From: Candidatus Deferrimicrobiaceae bacterium
Lineage (GTDB): Bacteria > Methylomirabilota > Methylomirabilia > Rokubacteriales > CSP1-6
NCBI GenBank assembly: GCA_035463855.1
Contig: DATHSW010000003.1
Coordinates: 1,892 to 65,891, forward strand
Direction: 5' to 3'
DNA length: 64,000 nucleotides
Shown here: positions 17,433-25,603 of the stretch, in pieces
Position numbering within the stretch: the first letter of the stretch is position 1
Layout of the letters: each line of letters starts with the position of its first letter
Translations under genes and position numbers: made by a program
Notes under the pieces: model-generated
Seen by the model: the letters and a program-made list of their open reading frames with translations, nothing else
Told to the model about the DNA's origin: nothing
The model's database searches: none

Positions 17433-18272
17433 ATGCAAGAGCTGGCCCACCGCCTCGACGCCCTCTGCGACGCGCTCCCGTTCCAGACGAGCTGGTACGT
17501 GAAGGACCTCACCTCCGGCGCGCGCGCGGACCGCCTCGGCGACGGGCCGGTGCCCTCGGCGAGCACGCGGAAGATCTCGATCCTGATGGCCGCGCTCAAG
17601 GCGGTGCACGACGGCAAGCTCGCGCTGGAGCAGCCGGTCACCATCGAGGCCAAGTACCAGGACAACGACTCGGGCACCTTCCAGCACCTGACCCCCGGCT
17701 TCTCGATCACCTTCCGCGACGCGCTGGTGATGATGATCATCGTCAGCGACAACGCGTGCACCGGGCTCGTGGTGGACCTGGTCGGGCTCGGCGAGATCCA
17801 GCGGCTCTGCGAGGCGGTCGGGATGACGCGCACCATCCACCGCTTCGGCATCCCGCCGCGCCTCGGCCCCGACCACGCGCTCGAGCAGGTCACGAGCACC
17901 ACGCCCAACGACCAGGGGCTGCTGCTGGAGCTCATCCTGAAGGGCGCCGAGGATGAGGCGGCGGCGGCGCGCCTCGGGGTCACCCCCGCGCTCTGCCGGC
18001 TCGCGCTCGACATCCTCTCCTGGCAGAAGCTCAAGGCGCGCCTGCCCTCGCAGCTGCCGCTCGGCACCAAGATCGCGCACAAGACCGGCACCGGGTCGCG
18101 CGGCTTCATGGACGCGGGCATCGTCTACCAGGGCGACCGGCCGCTCTTCATCCTCACCGCCTACACCGACCGCGTGCCCGCCGCCCTGCCCGACGGCACC
18201 CCCGGCTTCACCGCGGCGAACCAGCTCATCGGCCGCATGGCGCGCGTCTGCTGGGACGCGCTCGCCCGCTAA
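17433..18272 (+). CDS. Class A beta-lactamase-related serine hydrolase
   Basis: SASTRKI (SxxK), VSDNA (SDN) and HKTGTG (KTG) motifs. Confidence 0.85.
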   Translation: MQELAHRLDALCDALPFQTSWYVKDLTSGARADRLGDGPVPSASTRKISILMAALKAVHDGKLALEQPVTIEAKYQDNDSGTFQHLTPGFSITFRDALVMMIIVSDNACTGLVVDLVGLGEIQRLCEAVGMTRTIHRFGIPPRLGPDHALEQVTSTTPNDQGLLLELILKGAEDEAAAARLGVTPALCRLALDILSWQKLKARLPSQLPLGTKIAHKTGTGSRGFMDAGIVYQGDRPLFILTAYTDRVPAALPDGTPGFTAANQLIGRMARVCWDALAR

Positions 18273-18287
18273 CCCGGCCCCCGCTCC

Positions 18288-19028
18288 GTGCCGGCCCGGA
18301 CCAGGCCGAGCGAGCCGCCCGCGCCGAAGCGGGCGATGAGCATCCACGCGCACCCGGACGACCAGGAGTTCACGGTCGGCGGGACGCTCGCCAAGTGGGC
18401 GCGCGCCGGCTGCGAGATCGTCTCGATCTGCATCACCAGCGGCGGCGCCGGATCCAACAAGCACACCCCGCCCGACATGACGCGGGAAACCCTCGTGTCG
18501 ATCCGCGAAGACGAACAGCGCGACGCCTGCCGGATCCTCGGGGTGAAGGAGACGATCTTCCTCGGCTACGAGGACGGCATGCTGGAGCCGTCGATCGCCC
18601 TGCGCCGCGAGCTGACGCGCCTCATCCGCCGCCACCGGCCCGAGGCGGTGCTGACCGGCGATCCCACCGTGCGCTACTACGGTGCCACCTATATGAACCA
18701 CCCGGACCATCGCGTCGCCGCCGACGTCGCGCTCGACGCGGTGTTCCCCTCGGCGGGCACCCGCCTGATCTTCCCGGAGCTGCTGGCGGAGGGGCTCGAG
18801 CCGCACGAGGTGCGGCAGGTCTACATCCACGGCGCGGAGCGGCCCGACACCTACGTGGACATCGCCGAGACGCTCGACGTCAAGCTCGCCGCGCTGCGCG
18901 CGCACAAGAGCCAGATGGGCGAGTGGGATCCCGCCGAGATGATCGCCCAGTGGGCGGCCGAGCAGGGCCGCCGGCGGAAGCTCAAGGCGGCGGAGGCCTA
19001 CCGCCGCATGACCCTGCAGGATCTCTGA
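18288..19028 (+). CDS. PIG-L/LmbE family deacetylase
   Basis: AHPDDQEFTVGGTLA and HPDH motifs. Start is uncertain: GTG 18288 or ATG 18336. Confidence 0.85.
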   Translation: MPARTRPSEPPAPKRAMSIHAHPDDQEFTVGGTLAKWARAGCEIVSICITSGGAGSNKHTPPDMTRETLVSIREDEQRDACRILGVKETIFLGYEDGMLEPSIALRRELTRLIRRHRPEAVLTGDPTVRYYGATYMNHPDHRVAADVALDAVFPSAGTRLIFPELLAEGLEPHEVRQVYIHGAERPDTYVDIAETLDVKLAALRAHKSQMGEWDPAEMIAQWAAEQGRRRKLKAAEAYRRMTLQDL

Positions 19029-19041
19029 GCGAACCGCCCGC

Positions 19042-19455
19042 CTACTCCGATCGCGGCGGGACCTGGATCCAGCCGCCCGGGCACTGCTGCACCTCCGGAT
19101 AGTACCCGGCCGGATCCTGGCAGTAGTGCCAGTACTGGCTCGGCGGGCGCTCGACGTACGTGGTGGGCGGCGGCGTGACGACGACCGGCGGCGGCGTCAC
19201 CACCACGGGGGGCGCGTACCCCCAGTAGTACCCACCGTAGTAACGCGGGTAGGCGTAGTACGGGCCGGCATAGTACCGGGGCCCGACGAACGCCCGGGGG
19301 CCGTGGAAGTGCCTGCCGTGGAAGCCGTGGTGGTGATGATGCCGCCCGCGCCGCCCCCGATCGGCCTCGGCCTCGTCCCAGGCCCCGCCCGCGGCCAGGA
19401 GGAGCATCCCCAGCCCGGCCGTCACCAGCCCCTGCCCGATCACGCGCCTCGTCAT
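19042..19455 (-). CDS. Secreted His/Tyr/Pro-rich protein with C-terminal YWHYC...GYYP...CPGGW motif
   Basis: N-terminal signal-like hydrophobic segment, an HHHHH run, a PPVVVTPPPVVVTPPP repeat and a Cys-containing C-terminal motif. Confidence 0.6.
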   Translation of the reverse strand: MTRRVIGQGLVTAGLGMLLLAAGGAWDEAEADRGRRGRHHHHHGFHGRHFHGPRAFVGPRYYAGPYYAYPRYYGGYYWGYAPPVVVTPPPVVVTPPPTTYVERPPSQYWHYCQDPAGYYPEVQQCPGGWIQVPPRSE

Positions 19456-19501
19456 GGTCCGTCTCGGCTCCCGCTCCAGTGAGACCGGGCGCGCGGGCGC
19501 T

Positions 19502-20524
19502 CTATTCAGCGTAGCCCTTCCGGTGGAAGTAGTTCGCGTCGTAGAAGTCGAGCACGAGATCGCGGTAGACCGCGGGCGGGTAACGCGGCGGGGCGTCCGG
19601 CCCGATGCAGCTCGGCAGGCATTCGATGCGCGTCGCGACGTTGGGGCTGTAGAAGAACGCGATGGAGTAGCGGTCGGTCCCGGACTCGTTCAGCACCGCG
19701 TGCGGCGTGGAGAGGAAGCGGTCGTTGGACCACCGCTTCATCATGTTGCCCAGGTTGACCAGGAAGGTCCCCGGGACCAGGGGCGGCGCCAGCCACTCAC
19801 CGGACGGCAGCCGCACCGCGAGCCCGGGCACCTCGGTGCGGGCCAGGATCGTGATGAACGAGTTGTCGGTGTGCGGGCCCTGGCCGAACTGCTCGTCGTC
19901 GCTCACGTCCTGCGGCGGGTAGTGGAGAAAGCGCAGGTTGATGTGCGCCTCGTTCGCGAAGAACGGGGCGAAGTGATCCGCGGGCATGTCGAGGGCCCGG
20001 GCCAGCACCGGCAGCATGCCTTCCCCCACCGCTTCCAGCGTCTTGAAGTACCGCACCATCGCGATCCGCATGCGCTCGTGCCCCTCCGGCCACTGGTTGC
20101 GTCCGCGCAGCGGCACGCCGGCCACCACGTCGGGATGATCGGCCCCGCGATCGTGGCTGATGAAGAAGCTCTCGTTGTAGTTCGGCCGCGTGGCCCGGTG
20201 GACGGTCGAGGCCTTCTGGATGGACTCGTTCACCGGCAGGTAGCCGATGTTGTTCTCGTTGAGCTTCAGCCGCAGCTTCTCCGCGAGCGGCAGGGCGTGG
20301 AACTCGCGCGATGCCGCGAAGGCCGCGTCCACCACCGCGTCCGGGACGCCGTGGCCGGCCAGGTAGAAGAAGCCGACGGTCTCGCTGGCCCGCTTGACCT
20401 GGTGGGCGACGACTTCGATGTCGGCCGGATCGCCGGGCTCGAACGCGGGGTCGAAGTCGATGACCGGGATATCCCGCGTGGCCTCCTCGACGTTCTTCAC
20501 CGCCAGGGATTTCAGGATGTTCAT
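19502..20524 (-). CDS. 2OG-Fe(II) oxygenase (isopenicillin N synthase family)
   Basis: IPVIDF...GFFYLAGHGV N-terminal region, HTDNSFITIL and later H..L/RYSIAFF motifs. Confidence 0.9.
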   Translation of the reverse strand: MNILKSLAVKNVEEATRDIPVIDFDPAFEPGDPADIEVVAHQVKRASETVGFFYLAGHGVPDAVVDAAFAASREFHALPLAEKLRLKLNENNIGYLPVNESIQKASTVHRATRPNYNESFFISHDRGADHPDVVAGVPLRGRNQWPEGHERMRIAMVRYFKTLEAVGEGMLPVLARALDMPADHFAPFFANEAHINLRFLHYPPQDVSDDEQFGQGPHTDNSFITILARTEVPGLAVRLPSGEWLAPPLVPGTFLVNLGNMMKRWSNDRFLSTPHAVLNESGTDRYSIAFFYSPNVATRIECLPSCIGPDAPPRYPPAVYRDLVLDFYDANYFHRKGYAE

Positions 20525-20582
20525 GGCGCGCGCCCTCCGGCCCGAATCCTAGCGCATCCCCGCCGGGACGGGGAGGAAATGG

Positions 20583-20612
20583 CGGCGGCGGGGCCACGCG
20601 ACCCCGCCGCCG
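20583..20612 (-). terminator. G/C-rich hairpin downstream of the small secreted-protein gene
   Basis: CGGCGGCGGGG - 8-nt loop - CCCCGCCGCCG, an 11-bp perfect stem 21 nt after the stop at 20634. Only a weak T-run follows on the minus strand. Confidence 0.4.
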
Positions 20613-20633
20613 GATGAACCCGTCAGCGGACGA

Positions 20634-20915
20634 TCAGCAGCTCGGGAGCGAGCGGAGATTGGCCTCGATCTTGTCGCCGACCTTGAGATCCTGCAGGGTC
20701 TCCTTCGAAGCCTGGAACTCGTGCGTCTTGCCATCGGCCGCGGCCACCGCCACCTTCCCGCCCGCGGTGTCCACCCGGACCACCCGGCCCTCCACCTTCT
20801 GGGGCGCGGAGGCCTTCATCTGATCACATGAGGGCTTGCTCTGCCCGGCCGCGAAGCCCGCCCAGAGCGGGACGGCGACGATGATGCCGACCGCGAATGC
20901 CTTGTACGGCGTCAT
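20634..20915 (-). CDS. Small secreted hypothetical protein
   Basis: 93 aa; signal-like N-terminus (AVGIIVAVPLWAGFAAG); no recognised domain. Confidence 0.55.
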   Translation of the reverse strand: MTPYKAFAVGIIVAVPLWAGFAAGQSKPSCDQMKASAPQKVEGRVVRVDTAGGKVAVAAADGKTHEFQASKETLQDLKVGDKIEANLRSLPSC

Positions 20916-20927
20916 GAAATCCTCCGC

Positions 20928-21155
20928 TTATCTGTTCTTGGTGATGTCGTAGATCGCGCCGGCCGCGGCGCCCACCCCGGTGCCGATCAGCGCGCCCTTG
21001 CCGGCCCCGTACCCGGTTCCGGCGCCGACCGCCGCGCCCGCGCCGGCGCCGACCGCGGCGCCACCCAGCGTTCCACACGCCGTCGTGGCGAGCGCGACCA
21101 GCGAGAAGCCGATCACGGCGGATGCGATTCTGCTCTTCACGGTTTTCGTGGTCAT
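20928..21155 (-). CDS. Glycine-zipper lipoprotein
   Basis: Lipobox LATTAC followed by GxxxG-rich GAAVGAGAGAAVGAGTGYGAG. Confidence 0.6.
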   Translation of the reverse strand: MTTKTVKSRIASAVIGFSLVALATTACGTLGGAAVGAGAGAAVGAGTGYGAGKGALIGTGVGAAAGAIYDITKNR

Positions 21156-21331
21156 GGTGCACCTCCTGCGCGTCGTACTGGCAACCCCCGTGCCAGAGCG
21201 GCGCCCAGCGGCCCGCCGCGCAAGTCCACGGCGATCAGGGCCGAGACCTTCGCGACTCCTCGCGCGCCGGAAAAAGGTACACTCCCGGCGAGGTAAGAAT
21301 TACCGCGCTCACGAGAGGATGGAGACGACCC

Positions 21332-22114
21332 ATGGGACAGCTCGAGGGGAAGGTGGCGCTCATCACCGGCGCCAGCAAGGGGATCGGTCGCGTGATGAGC
21401 CGGCTGTTCGCGCGGGAGGGCGCCGCGGTGGTCTGCGCCGCCCGCAGCCGCGACCTCGTGGAAGAGACGGCCGCCCTGATCAAGAGCGACGGCGGGCGCG
21501 CGGTGGCGGTGACCGGCGACGCGGCCACCGAGGGCGACGTGCAGAAGATGGTGGCGGCCGCGGTCAAGGCCTTCGGCAAGCTCGACGTCCTGGTGAACAA
21601 CGCCGGGGACGGCGGGCCCACCAAGCGCGTGCAGGAGTACACGACCGACGATTGGTTCTACACCATCAACTCCTGCCTCACCAGCTCGTACATGTGCACC
21701 CGCTTCGCGGTGCCGGAGATGATCCGAGCGGGGGGCGGCGTCATCGTCAACGTCTCGTCCACCGCGGGCCGGCGCGGCCTGCCCTTTCGCATCGGCTACT
21801 GCTCGGCCAAGGCTGGCCAGGTCGGCATGACCTACGGCCTGGCGCTGGAGCTGGCGCCGCACAATATCCGGGTCAACGCGATCGCGCCGGGCGCCGTCGA
21901 GGGCGACCGCATCGACCGGGTCATCGCCGGGCAGGCCGAGGTGCGCGGGGTGGCGGTCGAGGACATGCGCCGGAGCTTCGTCGAGCGGTCGCCGCTCAAG
22001 CGCATGACCACCGCGGAGGACATCGCCACGCTCGCCGTCTACCTCTGCAGCGACGCGGCCAAGAACCTCTCCGGCCAGTGCATCGCGGTCACCGCAGGCG
22101 AGCCCGCCGTCTGA
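21332..22114 (+). CDS. SDR family oxidoreductase
   Basis: ITGASKGIGRV, NNAG and S...YCSAKAG motifs. ATG 21332 has GGAG upstream; the track ORF from 21122 is an extension. Confidence 0.9.
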   Translation: MGQLEGKVALITGASKGIGRVMSRLFAREGAAVVCAARSRDLVEETAALIKSDGGRAVAVTGDAATEGDVQKMVAAAVKAFGKLDVLVNNAGDGGPTKRVQEYTTDDWFYTINSCLTSSYMCTRFAVPEMIRAGGGVIVNVSSTAGRRGLPFRIGYCSAKAGQVGMTYGLALELAPHNIRVNAIAPGAVEGDRIDRVIAGQAEVRGVAVEDMRRSFVERSPLKRMTTAEDIATLAVYLCSDAAKNLSGQCIAVTAGEPAV

Positions 22115-22133
22115 GAGCGGGCCCGCTCGCGCG

Positions 22134-22162
22134 TTGACACCCTTCCCGGCCCCGCGTAGAGT
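22134..22162 (+). promoter_or_regulatory. Candidate sigma70 promoter (TTGACA-17 nt-TAGAGT)
   Basis: Consensus -35 hexamer, 17-nt spacer and a near-consensus -10 hexamer about 43 nt upstream of ATG 22205. Confidence 0.35.
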
Positions 22163-22204
22163 TTCTGCGGTCTCGTCGTCACCCCGTCGCGAGAGAGGAG
22201 CCCC

Positions 22205-22621
22205 ATGGACGTCGATCGCCCCCTGCCCACGCCGATCACCCCGGAGGCCAGGCCGTTCTGGGACGGCTGCAAGGCCGAGAAGCTGATGCTCCCCCGCTGC
22301 GAGGATTGCGCGCACGTCTTCTTCTATCCGCGCATCCTGTGCCCGCGCTGCCACTCGCGGCGCGTCGGCTGGATGCAGGCGAGCGGGCGCGGGAAGCTCC
22401 ACTCGTTCGAGATCGCCCACCAGGCCTTCCAGAAGGCGTGGAAGATCAAGCCGCCCTACGTGCTGGCCATGATCGAGCTGGAAGAAGGGCCGCGCATGAT
22501 GTCGAACCTGATCAACGTGGAGCCGTCCCCCAGGGCGGTCAAGTGCGACATGCCGGTGGAGGTCGTGTTCACCAAGGTGAGCGACGACGTCACCCTGCCG
22601 CTGTTCCAGCCGAGGCGGTGA
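22205..22621 (+). CDS. Zn-ribbon OB-fold protein (DUF35 family)
   Basis: PFWDG...CxxC...CPRC rubredoxin-like ribbon followed by an OB-fold region; the typical partner of the thiolase-like gene that follows. Confidence 0.9.
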   Translation: MDVDRPLPTPITPEARPFWDGCKAEKLMLPRCEDCAHVFFYPRILCPRCHSRRVGWMQASGRGKLHSFEIAHQAFQKAWKIKPPYVLAMIELEEGPRMMSNLINVEPSPRAVKCDMPVEVVFTKVSDDVTLPLFQPRR

Positions 22622-22626
22622 GCCGC

Positions 22627-23793
22627 ATGGCCACGGTTTCCGACCGGCAGCGGGAACTGCGCAACGTCGCCTGCGTCGTGGGCGTGGACGAGAGCGATCA
22701 GATCGGCATCCGGCCCGACACGAGCCAGCTCTCCCTGCACCTCGAAGCGATTTCCAACGCGGTTCGCGACGCGGGCCTCAAGGTCCGGGACGTGGACGGC
22801 ATCTTCACCGCGGGCCAGCACTCCCCCGCCACGCTCGGCGAGGCCCTCGGCCTCAAGCCGCGCTACGTGGACGGCACCACCGTGGGCGGCTGCTCGTTCA
22901 TCATCATGGTGGGGCACGCGGTGGCCGCGCTGCACCACGGCCTCTGCGACGTGGCGGTGGTCTCCCACGGCGAGAGCGGCCGCTCCGGCACCGGGGTCAC
23001 CCGCACCCGCGACACCGCGCTCAGCGGGCAGTTCGAGTTCCCCTACGGCTTCGGCGGAGCCACCAGCTACTTCGGCATGATCACCACGCGCCACATGCAC
23101 GAGCACGGCACCACGCTCGAGCAGTGGGCCCAGGTGGCGGTGTCCACGCGGAAGTGGGCCGCGCTCAATCCCAAGGCGCGCTTCCGCGATCCGATCGCGG
23201 TGGCCGACGTGCTCAACTCGCGCCCGGTCTCCTACCCGTTCAACCTGCTCAACATCTGCCTCGTCACGGACGCGGGCGGCGCGGTGGTGCTCACCCGCGC
23301 GGACCGGGCCAAGGACTGCGCCAAGCCGCCGGTCTACGTGCGCGGCTTCGGCGAGGCGACCGAGCACGTGATGGTGACCCAGATGGAGGATCTCGTCTCG
23401 AGCGCGGCGACCCGCCTGGCCGGCGAGCGCGCCTTCTCGATGGCCGGGGTGTCCGCCAAGGACTTCAACCACGTGATGCTCTACGACGCCTTCACCTCGG
23501 GCCCGCCGATCATGCTGGAGTCGCTCGGTCTGGCCAAGCCGGGCGAGGGCGTGCACTTCTTCGCGGAAGGGCGCTCCACCCCGGGCGGCACGCTGCCGAT
23601 CAACACCAACGGGGGCGGGCTCTCCTACACGCACTCCGGCATGTACGGCATCTTCCCGATCATCGAGGCCACGCGCCAGCTCCGCGGCGAGTGCGGCGCC
23701 CGCCAGGTGCCCGGCGCGAGCTGCTCGCTCGTCAACGGCATGGGCGGCATGCTCTCCGCCGCCGGCACCCTCGTCCTCGCCAACCGGACCTAG
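22627..23793 (+). CDS. Thiolase-like (SCP-x type) protein, DUF35 partner
   Basis: 388 aa from ATG 22627; GVDESDQIG..., C-terminal NTNGGGLSYTHSGMYG motif typical of non-acetoacetyl thiolase-like proteins. Confidence 0.9.
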   Translation: MATVSDRQRELRNVACVVGVDESDQIGIRPDTSQLSLHLEAISNAVRDAGLKVRDVDGIFTAGQHSPATLGEALGLKPRYVDGTTVGGCSFIIMVGHAVAALHHGLCDVAVVSHGESGRSGTGVTRTRDTALSGQFEFPYGFGGATSYFGMITTRHMHEHGTTLEQWAQVAVSTRKWAALNPKARFRDPIAVADVLNSRPVSYPFNLLNICLVTDAGGAVVLTRADRAKDCAKPPVYVRGFGEATEHVMVTQMEDLVSSAATRLAGERAFSMAGVSAKDFNHVMLYDAFTSGPPIMLESLGLAKPGEGVHFFAEGRSTPGGTLPINTNGGGLSYTHSGMYGIFPIIEATRQLRGECGARQVPGASCSLVNGMGGMLSAAGTLVLANRT

Positions 23794-23802
23794 CGCACCC
23801 GG

Positions 23803-24153
23803 TTACTCGATCGGGACGAAGATGCAGTGGCGGAGCTTGCCGTCCAGGGCCTTCGAGAGGTGACCCTTGCCCCAGGTGTCCTCGACGAGGATCACCTCGC
23901 CGGCGCCGATCTTGCGCGACTGGCCGTCGCTCGCGGTGATCTGCACGCCCGCGTCGAGGTTGATGATGTACTGCCGCCGTGGCGCCGGGTGCCAGTCGAG
24001 ATCGTAGTCGGGCGCGACCTCTCTGAATATGATGCCCGTCGCGGGAAGGCGCGCCGACAGCTTCCCGGCCCGGCCCGACTCGGTGTACGGGATCTCCATG
24101 TCCTCGAAGTGCGACTCCCCCTGCTTGTCCACGTAGAGATGATGGATCTTCAT
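23803..24153 (-). CDS. Cupin-like small protein
   Basis: 116 aa; beta-rich with WHPAPRRQYIINLDAG...GEVILVEDT resembling a cupin barrel. Confidence 0.7.
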   Translation of the reverse strand: MKIHHLYVDKQGESHFEDMEIPYTESGRAGKLSARLPATGIIFREVAPDYDLDWHPAPRRQYIINLDAGVQITASDGQSRKIGAGEVILVEDTWGKGHLSKALDGKLRHCIFVPIE

Positions 24154-24203
24154 GGCTCTCCTCGACGCGTGATGGATGACGGCTCGGGCCCCGAAGGTAG
24201 CAC

Positions 24204-25109
24204 ATGAAGCCCGCCCCGTTCCGCTACGCGCGGGCCGCCACCCTGGCGGAGGCGACCGCGCTCCTCGCGGAGGCCCCCGGCGAGACCAAGATCCTGGCCG
24301 GCGGCCAGAGCCTGGTGCCGATGCTGAACATGCGGCTCGTGCGGCCCGCGGTGCTGGTGGACGTCAACGGCCTGCGCGAGCTCACCGGCATCACGCCCCG
24401 GCCCGAGGGCGGGCTCCGGATCGGCGCGCTCACGCGCCACACCGAGCTGGTCACCTCGCCGGCGGTCCGCGAGCGTGCCCCGCTGCTGGCCGAGGCCGCG
24501 CGGCACGTGGGCCACGCGGCGATCCGCAACCAGGGCACGCTCGGCGGCAGCATCGCCCACGCCGACCCCGCCGCGGAGCTGCCCGCGGCGCTCGTGGCCC
24601 TGGACGCCCGGCTCCAGGCAACCGGCCCACGCGGCACCCGCGTCCTCGCGGCGGCCGAGTTCTTCCGCGGGCTGCTCGCGACCGCGCTCGCGCCCGACGA
24701 GATCCTGACCGCGGTCGATGTGCCGGCCCAGCCGCCGGGCTGGGGCTTTAGCGAGATCGCGCGCCGGCCCGGCGACTTCGCCCTGGCCGGCGTGGCCGCG
24801 GTCGTCCACGCTGGACACCCCCGCACCCCGCCCTCTTCCCCTCGCGGGGGAGAGGGAACTGATTCGGTGCGCCTGGTGGGCTTCGGCGTCGGGGATCGCC
24901 CGCTGCGGCTCACCGGCGCGGAGCGCCGGCTCGCCGACACGCCCCTCGACCTCGAGAGCGCCGCGCGCGCCGGGGTCACCGCCGGGCTCGACTGCGACCC
25001 GCCGAGCGACGTGCACGGCTCCGCGGACTATCGCCGCCACCTGGCCATGGTGCTCACCGAGCGCGCCCTGCTGCAGGCCCACGAGCGCCTCACCGCAACG
25101 CCCCGATGA
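24204..25109 (+). CDS. Xanthine dehydrogenase/CO dehydrogenase family FAD-binding medium subunit (CoxM-like)
   Basis: KILAGGQSLVPMLNMR and NQGTLGGSIAHADPAAELP motifs. Carries an in-frame palindromic-repeat insertion (see repeat 24818-24858). Confidence 0.9.
   Translation: MKPAPFRYARAATLAEATALLAEAPGETKILAGGQSLVPMLNMRLVRPAVLVDVNGLRELTGITPRPEGGLRIGALTRHTELVTSPAVRERAPLLAEAARHVGHAAIRNQGTLGGSIAHADPAAELPAALVALDARLQATGPRGTRVLAAAEFFRGLLATALAPDEILTAVDVPAQPPGWGFSEIARRPGDFALAGVAAVVHAGHPRTPPSSPRGGEGTDSVRLVGFGVGDRPLRLTGAERRLADTPLDLESAARAGVTAGLDCDPPSDVHGSADYRRHLAMVLTERALLQAHERLTATPR
24818..24858. repeat. G/C-rich palindromic REP-like element embedded in the CoxM-like coding sequence
   Basis: CACCCCGCCCTCTTCCCC-TCGC-GGGGGAGAGGG, an 11-bp stem with one G-T. 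Inverted relative of the intergenic element at 36673-36710. Confidence 0.6.
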
Positions 25110-25603
25110 GCGCGCCGAGCGAGCGCGTCGCGGTGCGCTTCACCGTGAACGGCCGGCCGGTGGAGCAGGTGGTCGAGGCCCGCCGATCCCTGGCGGATTT
25201 TCTCAGAGAAGACCTCGGCCTCACCGGCACGCACGTGGGCTGCGAGCACGGCGTCTGCGGGGCCTGCACGGTGCTGGTGGACGATCGCAGCGTCCGGAGC
25301 TGCCTGCTCTTCGCGGCGCAGCTCGAGGGGCGAAGCGTCGTCACGATCGAAGGCCTGACCCCGGCCGAAGGGCTGAGCCCGCTCCAGCAGGCCTTCCGCG
25401 ACTGTCACGCGATGCAGTGCGGCTTCTGTACCCCGGGCATGATCGCGACGACGACCGAGCTGCTGGCCCGCGAGCCGGCGCCGTCCACCGAGAACATCCG
25501 CGACGCCATCTCCGGGAACCTCTGCATGTGCACCGGCTACGTCAACATCGTCCGTGCGGTGGAGCAGGCCGTCGCCGCGCGCGCGGCCGGAGCCGGCGGG
25601 TGA
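25106..25603 (+). CDS. (2Fe-2S)-binding small subunit (CoxS-like)
   Basis: GCEHGVCGACTV and CGFCTPG...CMCTGY cysteine clusters. Confidence 0.9.
   Translation: MSAPSERVAVRFTVNGRPVEQVVEARRSLADFLREDLGLTGTHVGCEHGVCGACTVLVDDRSVRSCLLFAAQLEGRSVVTIEGLTPAEGLSPLQQAFRDCHAMQCGFCTPGMIATTTELLAREPAPSTENIRDAISGNLCMCTGYVNIVRAVEQAVAARAAGAGG

Noticed and set aside
19165-19215. Short tandem DNA repeats (here and at 57368-57390) as a possible CRISPR or minisatellite
   Set aside because: There are only two repeat units with no spacers. They are explained by in-frame peptide repeats (PPVVVTPPP and SRNGG).
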